Below, one piece after another: positions 1 through 8,129 of a DNA stretch of 53,918 bases; within the stretch, counting starts at the first letter, position 1, and the number at the start of each line of letters is the position of its first letter. The DNA comes from a virus. Its lineage: Duplodnaviria > Caudoviricetes. The notes under the pieces are model-generated. The model searched no databases, had not been told where the DNA came from, and saw only the letters and a program-made list of their open reading frames with translations. The DNA is taken from the IMG/VR virus record IMGVR_UViG_3300047554_000854, positions 1 through 53,918 of that record; one strand, written 5' to 3'. Both the position numbers and the translations under genes were made by a program.

Positions 1-115
1 GCGTTCGAGCGTTCGCTGGAGTGGAGTTCTTTGGTCGTCAATCATGTAAGAAGTCTAACAGTTTGGGGCGAAATCGTCTTGGCTCCTAAGGTTAAAAGAG
101 GAAGCGGAGTGGAGA

Positions 116-309
116 TACTAGCAAGAAATTTTAGGGTTGAAGTATAGCATAGTGGGGCTGGAGTGTACTAGGGTTGGAGGGGAAAAGTCAAGGGGGAAGG
201 GGGAAAAGATACTAGCAGAGAAAAGTGGAGGGGAGAGAAAAAAGTGCTAGTACGTGGCAAAAGGTACTAGCAGGAAAAAATGTTTTCGGCGGAGCAAAAA
301 GTGCTAGTA
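116..309. repeat. Dispersed TACTAGCA motif cluster in purine-rich non-coding DNA
   Basis: TACTAGCA at 116, 210, 265; reverse complement TGCTAGTA at 245, 302; partial TACTAG at 166. Confidence 0.6.
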
Positions 310-527
310 CCTAACTAAACTGAATAAACCAACAAAGAAACTACTACGCGCATGGAAATCAGATTTCGCGGTAGTACTTTTCTCAGTTGGTTCATTTTTT
401 CAGTTGTTCTAGGTTGTTTAGGTTGGTTTCAGTTATGCTAGACTGGAGGGGTGGCAGAGCCACTTGACAAAACTTTTTTTGCAAGTCGGGTTTGCTTTCG
501 ATAACGGAAAATGCTAAGGTTGAAAAC

Positions 528-974
528 ATGAGTGCTTTTGATAAGTTAGGCGTTAGTGCAGATGATGCCAAAAACGCTTTGGAGAGAATCCAAGAAGAGA
601 GTGGCCGTAAGGATGGACGCATTTGCATCTGTGGTCACTCAAACGGTAGACACAGGATTGGGTACGCAGGTCTTATGACTTGCCAAGCAGCCAAACAGTT
701 CTGCCCATGTAAACAAGTTCGTCTGGTAATTACTGCCTCCGACACCAGACCCTTCCTTCGGAAGAGTTCTGGTGGAGATGGATTCCACGCTTTGATTCAG
801 GGTATCGCTGCTGCTGAAGAAAAGGGAATCGAGATTGAGTGGTTAGTTGACCCTAAGTGCGACAAGTGCGGAAGTGCTGAGAACATCTCGGTCGTAACGG
901 TAGATGCCAACGGATTCGAGTTGACAGAATCGAAGGGCTATGATATCTTTGTCTGTAGCCAGTGTAGAAACTAA
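528..974 (+). CDS. Cys-rich hypothetical protein, probably leaderless
   Basis: CxC and CxxC motifs; TTGCTT(492)-17 bp-TAAGGT(515), ATG at 528. Confidence 0.75.
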   Translation: MSAFDKLGVSADDAKNALERIQEESGRKDGRICICGHSNGRHRIGYAGLMTCQAAKQFCPCKQVRLVITASDTRPFLRKSSGGDGFHALIQGIAAAEEKGIEIEWLVDPKCDKCGSAENISVVTVDANGFELTESKGYDIFVCSQCRN

Positions 975-1000
975 CTGACACCAGCAGGAAGAGAGACGAA

Positions 1001-1477
1001 ATGACAACAGTTCTAAATCCAGCCAAAGCGCAACAGGTTATCTGGATAAAGCAGGAACCAGGGTTCCACAATCCTGGTGGAGCACCAAACACGATTTGGG
1101 TAGACAAACTAACTGAGCACAATGACGAAGTTCGTGTTTGCTTTGTTTCAGCATTTCTAGATGCGCCTGTCTCGGTAACATCCGAATGGCGTAGCAGTGA
1201 TGGTATCTTCTTCTGCGTCACGCTGGAGTATGTCCTTCGCGATGTCGATGATGTCTGCTTTGAAGACTTGATTGACGAAGCAGTTGAGAATCTGCCAGAA
1301 GGTATGAGCCTTCTACGAGTCGAGAACTACGACACCTTGGATGGCGGAATCTGGCGCAAGTGTGAAGATTGCCGTGGAGTTGGAACTAGAACCTCGTTCT
1401 CCTCTTATGGCAAAGACCGAGAAGTTACCTGCCTACCTTGTGGCGGCTATGGCAAACGTCAGGTTACGGAAGTCTAA
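1001..1477 (+). CDS. Hypothetical protein with C-terminal CxxCxGxG zinc finger
   Basis: CEDCRGVG...CLPCGGYG; stop overlaps next start. Confidence 0.75.
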   Translation: MTTVLNPAKAQQVIWIKQEPGFHNPGGAPNTIWVDKLTEHNDEVRVCFVSAFLDAPVSVTSEWRSSDGIFFCVTLEYVLRDVDDVCFEDLIDEAVENLPEGMSLLRVENYDTLDGGIWRKCEDCRGVGTRTSFSSYGKDREVTCLPCGGYGKRQVTEV

Positions 1478-1677
1478 TGGCACGAGGCTCTAATGGCACA
1501 ACCAAGTGTGGTTGGTGTATGACTGGTGAGCACGAGAGTTGCAAGCCAGAAGTCAAGTATTACGAAAAGATTTGGTACTGCACCTGTGAGCAGTGCCACC
1601 CAGAGAAAGAAAAGGAAGCACAAAATGAAGTGGCTGAAGAACCTACTGCAGAAGTTCAAGAAGAAGCAGAAGCCTAA
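1477..1677 (+). CDS. Small Cys-rich hypothetical protein
   Basis: TAATG coupling; CGWC...CTCEQCH, acidic tail. Confidence 0.7.
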   Translation: MARGSNGTTKCGWCMTGEHESCKPEVKYYEKIWYCTCEQCHPEKEKEAQNEVAEEPTAEVQEEAEA

Positions 1678-1909
1678 CGGATATCCAACCCAAGCAGATG
1701 TGAACCGAATGGTCGCTGACTATCACAAGTTCCTTGAAAGCATCAAGCGTGACGAAAAGGGTCGTTGGATTTTCCCAGACAATCAGGTTGTAAAAACTCC
1801 AGCAAGGTTTCAAGCGATTATTGATTCGAAGTGGAACGAAGCTAAGGGTACCCTAAGTAACCAGTGCGGATGTAACAATGGCGAGGGTTGCAAATGCAAG
1901 AAGATTTAA
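1625..1909 (+). CDS. Hypothetical protein
   Basis: ATG 1625 (MKWLKNLL) after GGAAG; overlaps neighbours. Confidence 0.55.
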   Translation: MKWLKNLLQKFKKKQKPNGYPTQADVNRMVADYHKFLESIKRDEKGRWIFPDNQVVKTPARFQAIIDSKWNEAKGTLSNQCGCNNGEGCKCKKI

Positions 1910-2361
1910 TCTTCCCTCAAGAGGCTGCCAAGAAGTTCTACGTTTCGCCCAGCATGATTTACTACTGGATTAAGAAAGGGCGAATCAAGAAATACTATCT
2001 TGAGAAGCCAGTGAACTTTCAGCCTTACAAGGTGAGCATCTCTGAGATTGAAGCTGCCAAGGGCGATTGGAAAGACCACGTTGCCCAGCAGAATCCGAAC
2101 CTCATGTCTCGGAAAGACGCTGCCGAGTTGATTGGCGTTTCCCCGAATCAGATTACTTACTACGCCAAGATGGGATACCTGAAACGGTACTACCTACTCG
2201 GCAATGACAAGCACTACCTCGTTGACCGAGAAGAAGTTCTCCAACAGCCAGCCCGAGTTCTTGCGATGTACCGCTCCGAGGAACGGCGAGAACACTTACG
2301 TCAGATTGCCAAAGCAGCACCGAGAGACGGCAAGCTCTTCATCAAGAAGACCGCCGAATAA
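1894..2361 (+). CDS. DNA-binding protein with two MerR/excisionase-like HTH repeats
   Basis: PQEAAKKFYVSPSMIYYWIKKGRI and SRKDAAELIGVSPNQITYYAKMGYL. Confidence 0.75.
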   Translation: MQEDLIFPQEAAKKFYVSPSMIYYWIKKGRIKKYYLEKPVNFQPYKVSISEIEAAKGDWKDHVAQQNPNLMSRKDAAELIGVSPNQITYYAKMGYLKRYYLLGNDKHYLVDREEVLQQPARVLAMYRSEERREHLRQIAKAAPRDGKLFIKKTAE

Positions 2362-2374
2362 CCTACCACCGACA

Positions 2375-2404
2375 GCCCCGAGCACCGAAATGGTCTCGGG
2401 GTTT
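2375..2404 (+). terminator. Intrinsic terminator
   Basis: GCCCCGAG-CACC-GAAA-TGGT-CTCGGGGT followed by T residues. Confidence 0.6.
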
Positions 2405-2731
2405 CGTCATTCTTAAGGTATCAAAACTTCAACGGAGTGGTTCTTTTGAACGGCCTGTCTAGAACAGATAACCGCTTTGGAAGTGAAATGTTGTTTATGA
2501 GGGGGAAAATGCCTGCCGTCGCCCTCACCACGCGCAAAAAATCGTCCCGACGAAAATAATGTACACTACGATTTGTACAACCGATTCGCAAGATAGTAAC
2601 CTTACCAGCCGTGATAAACTTAGTACGAAGGCAGCTTCGTCACAGTCCTCTCCCCAGCTGACGGAGCTGTCTTCACTTATCGGCGAGCACGAACTACTAA
2701 CTAATACGAAGTTGAAAGTTGCTAACCGCAC

Positions 2732-3661
2732 ATGACCGATGAATTTTTTAAGAGCGGCGAGGATGAACGCGCCGAATACGTAATTGACGAACCGCTAGAC
2801 CTTAGACCGAACTTGTCTGACCTCGGTATCGAAGAAGTTGACAAAGGTGTATGTGAGGATACATTTGAGAACCGTCAAGTCTTGCGGCGAGCGCAACTGA
2901 ACTGGGACCCAGTTTATTCAACTAACGGAATCCCAACGGGTCTCATCAAGGCCCGCTCGAAACAAACAACCGTTGAACGTCGCATCATGTCTCTTGCTGA
3001 GAAGAAGCCAATCATGGTTGACCCTGAGAACCGTAACTCAGACTTCCTAACGGGTCTCGACTTAATCGCAGAAGAGAAAACCGATTACCTGGTACCGCCT
3101 TGGGTTATTGGCGCTACCCGACTTTGGCTTAAGGAACAAGACGAAGGCGGCCCGCGCAGTGAAAAGCGTCAACCGCTTGCATTGCCGCACCGATGCAGAC
3201 AAATCAAGGATGACGGTATCCGCTGCATGCTTTGGTCCAGTGGACGTCTGAAGGATGACGGCCTGTGCCGTATCCATCTGCGCAGCACCAAACACAAAAC
3301 CTCGGACGACATCGAACGGGCCCGCGCGAAACTAGTACAGTCCGCGCCTTATGCCGTCGACGTTCTTGAAGAGTTGATGGAAACCGCTGAGTCAGAACCT
3401 GTTAAGCTCAAAGCAGCAACCGAGATTCTTGACCGTGCTGGTGTACGTGGTGGAATCGAAATTGACTCGACCGTCAACATTGACGTAAGACCAGCGGCCA
3501 GCATCATTGCAGAACGTTTGAACCGACTCGCCGTCGGAGCTTCCGAAGCTGCAGCTAAGTTGGTCGACGCAGGTGTTATGGTTGAAGCTGACAAAGAAAT
3601 CATCGACGCTGAAGTTATCGAAGACAACGGCCAGGAAGAGAGCTCCCCAACAAATGATTAA
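2732..3661 (+). CDS. Phage protein, possible terminase small subunit
   Basis: Cys/His finger RCRQ..GIRC..LCRIH, VKLKAATEILDRAG motif and IIDAEV tail recall TerS-like proteins; function inferred. Confidence 0.5.
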   Translation: MTDEFFKSGEDERAEYVIDEPLDLRPNLSDLGIEEVDKGVCEDTFENRQVLRRAQLNWDPVYSTNGIPTGLIKARSKQTTVERRIMSLAEKKPIMVDPENRNSDFLTGLDLIAEEKTDYLVPPWVIGATRLWLKEQDEGGPRSEKRQPLALPHRCRQIKDDGIRCMLWSSGRLKDDGLCRIHLRSTKHKTSDDIERARAKLVQSAPYAVDVLEELMETAESEPVKLKAATEILDRAGVRGGIEIDSTVNIDVRPAASIIAERLNRLAVGASEAAAKLVDAGVMVEADKEIIDAEVIEDNGQEESSPTND

Positions 3662-3893
3662 CATTGAGAACATCATTGATGCGGCCCGCGTTCACAGAGA
3701 TAACATAACCGCGGACATCAACAACGCATCAACGCGTCTCGAGCATGTACGTCTAACCGCACTTGCCCAGGAAGCCGAGAACCTTCTGACCGAGCTTGAG
3801 AATTTTGCCTACGGACTGGTATACTCGCACTCATCAACCGCAATTGAGCAACGTAAATTCGAAGAGCTCAGCGGCCTGGAGCTCGAAGGGTAA
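3654..3893 (+). CDS. Hypothetical protein
   Basis: ATG 3654 overlapping the end of the previous gene. Confidence 0.65.
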   Translation: MINIENIIDAARVHRDNITADINNASTRLEHVRLTALAQEAENLLTELENFAYGLVYSHSSTAIEQRKFEELSGLELEG

Positions 3894-3903
3894 CTTCACA
3901 TTA

Positions 3904-4743
3904 ATGTTTAGAAAGACGATTGCCGCCAGGGCCGCCAGGTTTACAGCAACGGCGAGCGCTTTTGCTGGGTACCAGGCAGGCCCGCTGCTTAGGAACCAAT
4001 TCGGAGAACGGGTTGGGTACAACAATCAACCTTGGGCTGGGTCCTTCATTGATGTGGTGGCCAGAGACAGCGGCCTGCATCTACCATCTTTCGCTTATAC
4101 CCCGACCGCACTAGCTGAGCTCAGCAAGAACGGATTAATCCGAAGTACACCGCTGCCTGGTGATGTCGTCTTCTTCAACTTCTCATCAGAGAATGCGGGG
4201 AACCCATTTGGGATGCCGCACGTAGGAATCGTTGTTGATACACGTGAATTCAAGACGACGGGAAGATTCTTAACGGTCGAAGGAAATGTGCGGCCCGCTA
4301 ATGCGAAGTACGGCCAGGATACCGACGGCGTGCACCAACGGGTACGTTACGACGGGGATGTCTTAGCATTTGCTCGAGTCGCGAAACCCATCGGCCCGCG
4401 GCCAGGACAACTTCTCACTAAGCTTATTGCGAAGCTCAGCTCAGCGGCCAGACTCGAAGCGCAAGCTTTTGAAGAAGCGGCCCGCGAACACAGGAACGTC
4501 GTAACCGCTGCGCTTAAACCAGGTTTACGTAACCGCCAGATTGAGACCGTGCAGCTTGCACTAGGTGTGACCGTTGGTCTGAAGTCTGCGACGCCAGGTA
4601 TCTGGGATGCTGCAACCGTCAATGCCTGTGCCAGGTACCAACGGAGCATCGGGTACGTAGGGACCGACGCCTCAGGAATTCCAAACCGAGCCACATTGCT
4701 GCGGCTAGCATCGGACACTGGACTGTTCCAGGTAGCGGACTGA
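3904..4743 (+). CDS. CHAP-like domain plus C-terminal peptidoglycan-binding-like domain
   Basis: QPWAGSFI...PGDVVFF...HVGIV...TVEGN; C-terminal VQLAL...GIWD..T...YQ...G...G.P. Confidence 0.7.
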   Translation: MFRKTIAARAARFTATASAFAGYQAGPLLRNQFGERVGYNNQPWAGSFIDVVARDSGLHLPSFAYTPTALAELSKNGLIRSTPLPGDVVFFNFSSENAGNPFGMPHVGIVVDTREFKTTGRFLTVEGNVRPANAKYGQDTDGVHQRVRYDGDVLAFARVAKPIGPRPGQLLTKLIAKLSSAARLEAQAFEEAAREHRNVVTAALKPGLRNRQIETVQLALGVTVGLKSATPGIWDAATVNACARYQRSIGYVGTDASGIPNRATLLRLASDTGLFQVAD

Positions 4744-4973
4744 CGAGTCCCCCAGACAAACTTCTCACTAACGATGTCGCGTGCGGCCCGCCGCGAAGGC
4801 CGCCAGGTCAACTTCGCATTAACGCTGATGGGAAGCTCGAGCTCGACGGCGAGCTCAGCTCGAAGCTGCAACTTCGCATTAACGGATGGAAGATTCCGCC
4901 GAACGCGCCTTCCAGGCCTAGGCGGGTTCTAGACCGACTTGACATCGACGGCGAGCGCTGCTACATTTGAAGA

Positions 4974-5213
4974 ATGAATCTTTTTGAATGCATCGACTGC
5001 AGTGTGGTCACCACGGATATCGACGAGTACTACATGGTCCATGATGGAATTTGGATGACGGCTTGTCCCAAGAAGAGCGGCATGCTTTGCATCGGGTGCC
5101 TGGAAGCGCGGCTTGGGAGGACTCTAACCGCTGCTGATTTCACGGATGCGCCAATTAACCACGGAGTCTTTCCTCAGTCTGAACGGCTAGCGGCCCGCCT
5201 AGCTGCGCACTAA
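4974..5213 (+). CDS. Small Cys-rich phage protein, leaderless
   Basis: CIDC...YMVHDGIW...LCIGCLEARLGR; TTGACA(4939)/TACATT(4962) promoter just upstream. Confidence 0.75.
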   Translation: MNLFECIDCSVVTTDIDEYYMVHDGIWMTACPKKSGMLCIGCLEARLGRTLTAADFTDAPINHGVFPQSERLAARLAAH

Positions 5214-5281
5214 CTTTGCACTAACGGCTTGCCTGGAAGACGGCGAGCGCTTCCCAGGAATCACTATTCCGAGAACCTAGT

Positions 5282-5581
5282 ATGCTCAACCGTATGAGAC
5301 ACATCGAGCTACACGTAATCGAAACCGAGTCCGACGCGGCAAGCGCAGAACGGAGCGGCCTGCCAGCTGACGCCAACCTGGTAACCGCTTGCGCTGACTG
5401 CGGGGATGACGTCGGAGCACTGGTCCCCTTCGAACCGTACTGCGTTGTACTAGACGGAGTCGCTGAGTGGTACCTCTGTACGTACTGCGCTGAGCCTGTA
5501 ACCGACCCTCAGCTAGACTCGGACCTGTACAGCGCTGAGCCGCTAGATGATGATGATGACTTCGTCGAGATAGACGACTAG
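5282..5581 (+). CDS. Small Cys-rich acidic protein (alternative start 5294)
   Basis: Two CxxC motifs, acidic tail. Confidence 0.65.
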   Translation: MLNRMRHIELHVIETESDAASAERSGLPADANLVTACADCGDDVGALVPFEPYCVVLDGVAEWYLCTYCAEPVTDPQLDSDLYSAEPLDDDDDFVEIDD

Positions 5582-5785
5582 CCGCTTTATTGAGTTGTCC
5601 CTGTAACCGAGAGTTACGCCTCAGACCTGAGCCGCCTTCCACAACTTCCGATTACTAATAAGAAGTATACACCATCTCGCGAACTTCGCAACAGTTTTCT
5701 TTGATTTCTTTCCCGCGGAAAAAACGAATACAAGCGTCAGCGGAAAAAACGAATACAGGGTGACACGCCGACTTCGGATTAGGAT

Positions 5786-5815
5786 TTGCGTAAATGTCCT
5801 AAGTCGTGATACGCT
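5786..5815 (+). promoter_or_regulatory. Sigma-70-type promoter of the first cassette
   Basis: TTGCGT-18 bp-TACGCT with TG extension; ATG at 5822. Confidence 0.7.
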
Positions 5816-5821
5816 CTCGGT

Positions 5822-6379
5822 ATGACGGAAATCAAATACGAACTAACCAACCTTGACGACACCCAGCGTGCTATGCGTGCTAGGGGAACACACAACAACG
5901 CCTCTGGTAGTGAGGAGGTGTGGCTTGGCGAACACTTCGGCATAGATGTATGGGCTGGCATTGACATTGGCAACTACCCTGACTATGGCGATAGTGGCAA
6001 GTATCTCAAAGAGAACTACACAGAGAAACAACTCAAGACTTACAGCAACTACCTAAGCCCTTACAGCATTTCTAGGATTATCTCTGGCGAGGTAAAGGCA
6101 ACTGAATACGACCTCAAATGGACGCTCGCAGATGTAAGCCTCTACTTCTATGTAATGAACACAGAGGTAGCAGAGAGTTACCTGTTTGCGACCAAGCAAG
6201 AGTTCGCATTTTGCCCAGAGGCGAACATTGTTGCTCTTGACGAGCCACAGGCGTTCGGCGTTCTAGATGTAGTCAGGAACGCTGTGCGTGGAAATGTCAG
6301 CCTGTTCGACTACGCTGTGAACAAAGCACTAGTGGAGGCGAAATCACTAGCCAGCGACATTTCCAGAAAACTCACCTAA
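5822..6379 (+). CDS. Hypothetical protein, leaderless
   Basis: 185-aa ORF directly after promoter. Confidence 0.8.
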   Translation: MTEIKYELTNLDDTQRAMRARGTHNNASGSEEVWLGEHFGIDVWAGIDIGNYPDYGDSGKYLKENYTEKQLKTYSNYLSPYSISRIISGEVKATEYDLKWTLADVSLYFYVMNTEVAESYLFATKQEFAFCPEANIVALDEPQAFGVLDVVRNAVRGNVSLFDYAVNKALVEAKSLASDISRKLT

Positions 6380-6387
6380 AAATAGAT

Positions 6388-6417
6388 TTGACAACTTCGC
6401 ATTAGTCGTGCTAAGTT
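6388..6417 (+). promoter_or_regulatory. Promoter with box B (AACTTCGCATTAG) in the spacer
   Basis: TTGACA-18 bp-TAAGTT, TG extension. Confidence 0.75.
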
Positions 6418-6469
6418 TGACCTTGTTGGAAACCTCCAGCAATAAACCCCCGAAAGGACGGAAACACAA

Positions 6470-6949
6470 ATGGCAGTAGGAACTATTGTCGGCAAGGGAC
6501 TTTACCTAGAGTTCGTGCCAACCACTCCCAAGAGTGGCAACCCTGTATTACAACTCCTCTTTACCCCAGAGGGCTTTGACGAGAAAGGTGCTTACACGCC
6601 TTTCTGCCTACACTCTCGCACTATCTCGGAGAACTCGCCAAGAAAACAATGGAGAGTTACCAAGTGCGGAACTGACAACAAAGAACTCCTAGCCTCTGGC
6701 GAACCTGTTGGTCAGGTCAAGGCACAGGAACTCGCTGTTCAGATGTTAGAGCGATTTGAAATGTCGGTTCAGAAAGCGATTTTCCCAAAGGGAACTGACG
6801 CAGAGTGGTCGCTACGCTCAAAGCCTATCGCTGTTGAAATCACCTCGTTCGACCTCCTAGAGGTGAACGAATACAAAACCCCAGCCCCAGCACTTCGGCG
6901 TATCCAGAAGTGTCGTGTAGCACTTGACTTCCCAGAGAAGTTAGTCTAA
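6470..6949 (+). CDS. Hypothetical protein
   Basis: RBS GAAAGGACGGAAAC, 159 aa. Confidence 0.8.
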   Translation: MAVGTIVGKGLYLEFVPTTPKSGNPVLQLLFTPEGFDEKGAYTPFCLHSRTISENSPRKQWRVTKCGTDNKELLASGEPVGQVKAQELAVQMLERFEMSVQKAIFPKGTDAEWSLRSKPIAVEITSFDLLEVNEYKTPAPALRRIQKCRVALDFPEKLV

Positions 6950-6986
6950 GGTCTAACTAAACAATCCACTAAGGACGGAAACTGAA

Positions 6987-8006
6987 ATGACAACAACCAC
7001 AGCACCAGAAACCAAGTCGCTAGACGACATTTACCCAGACCTCTCCAAGTTGGTCTATGGGGTAGCAATCCAGAGCCTAGACGCAGGTTCTATTCCCTCG
7101 GGACTAGAGAGCCTAATGCCTACTGCTGGTCGTGCTAACCTTAGAGCAAAGGGCGGAGAGAAATCAGCAAGCACCCCAAAGGCAAAGGCAGAGAAAATGG
7201 TGGACGCACTCGTAGGTGAGGAGAAATACACTCGCCCTAATGGTCGTGACTACTACGCTCGCAAGTGGGGCGAACACACCGACATTGAGGTTCTACGCAA
7301 GGCTCGTGAGGCAAAGCAGTATGTTCTGCTCTATGGCAACCCGGGCTGTGGCAAAACTGCTCTCGTTGAGGGTGCTTTCGGGGACGACCTCTACACCATT
7401 ATTGGAACAGGCGACACAGAGGTAGGCGACTTCCTCGGTGGCTATGTCCAGACCCCAAGTGGCGGTTTTGAGTGGGTGGACGGAGTTCTGACCAAAGCAG
7501 TTGAGGAGGGCAAAGTCCTACTCATTGACGAGATTGGTCTGATTGACCCAAAGGTTCTCTCGCTTGTCTATGGTCTTATGGACGGACGAGATGAACTCAC
7601 GATTACAGCCAACCCCGAGCGTGGCACTATCAAAGCCAAAGAGGGCTTTTATGTAATCTCGGCTACCAACCCGAACGCCCCAGGGGTTCGCTTGTCGGAG
7701 GCTCTGCTCTCTCGCCACTCAATCCACGCAGAAATGACTACTGATTGGGGTCTTGCTCGCAAGTTGGGTGTCCCTGTTTCGGCAGTTACTCTGGCACAGA
7801 ACCTCGCCAAGAAACAGGTCGCAGGTGAAGTTTCGTGGTCGCCAGCGTTCCGAGAGTTGGAGGCGTTTAGGGACTTGGCTACCACCTTTGGAACTCGGTG
7901 GGCTGTCCAGAACCTCCTAGCAACTGCCCCAGAAATGGACAGGTCAGTTGTGGCGGAACTCGCTACTCGTATCTTTGGCGAGGAGTGCCGACCAGCAAAG
8001 ATTTAG
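6987..8006 (+). CDS. MoxR/CbbQ-family AAA+ ATPase
   Basis: Walker A GNPGCGKT, Walker B LLIDE, ATNP sensor, ALLSR; next to a VWA gene. Confidence 0.9.
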   Translation: MTTTTAPETKSLDDIYPDLSKLVYGVAIQSLDAGSIPSGLESLMPTAGRANLRAKGGEKSASTPKAKAEKMVDALVGEEKYTRPNGRDYYARKWGEHTDIEVLRKAREAKQYVLLYGNPGCGKTALVEGAFGDDLYTIIGTGDTEVGDFLGGYVQTPSGGFEWVDGVLTKAVEEGKVLLIDEIGLIDPKVLSLVYGLMDGRDELTITANPERGTIKAKEGFYVISATNPNAPGVRLSEALLSRHSIHAEMTTDWGLARKLGVPVSAVTLAQNLAKKQVAGEVSWSPAFRELEAFRDLATTFGTRWAVQNLLATAPEMDRSVVAELATRIFGEECRPAKI

Positions 8007-8129
8007 TTTCCGTCCGAAACTAAAAGTGGAGGGTGTCAAGAAAGTTGCGAAATGGACTTGACACCTTTCCACGACCTATGCTAAGGTCTTACTAGCAACA
8101 ACAAACGAAGTCGGGAAAGGACTTTACAA

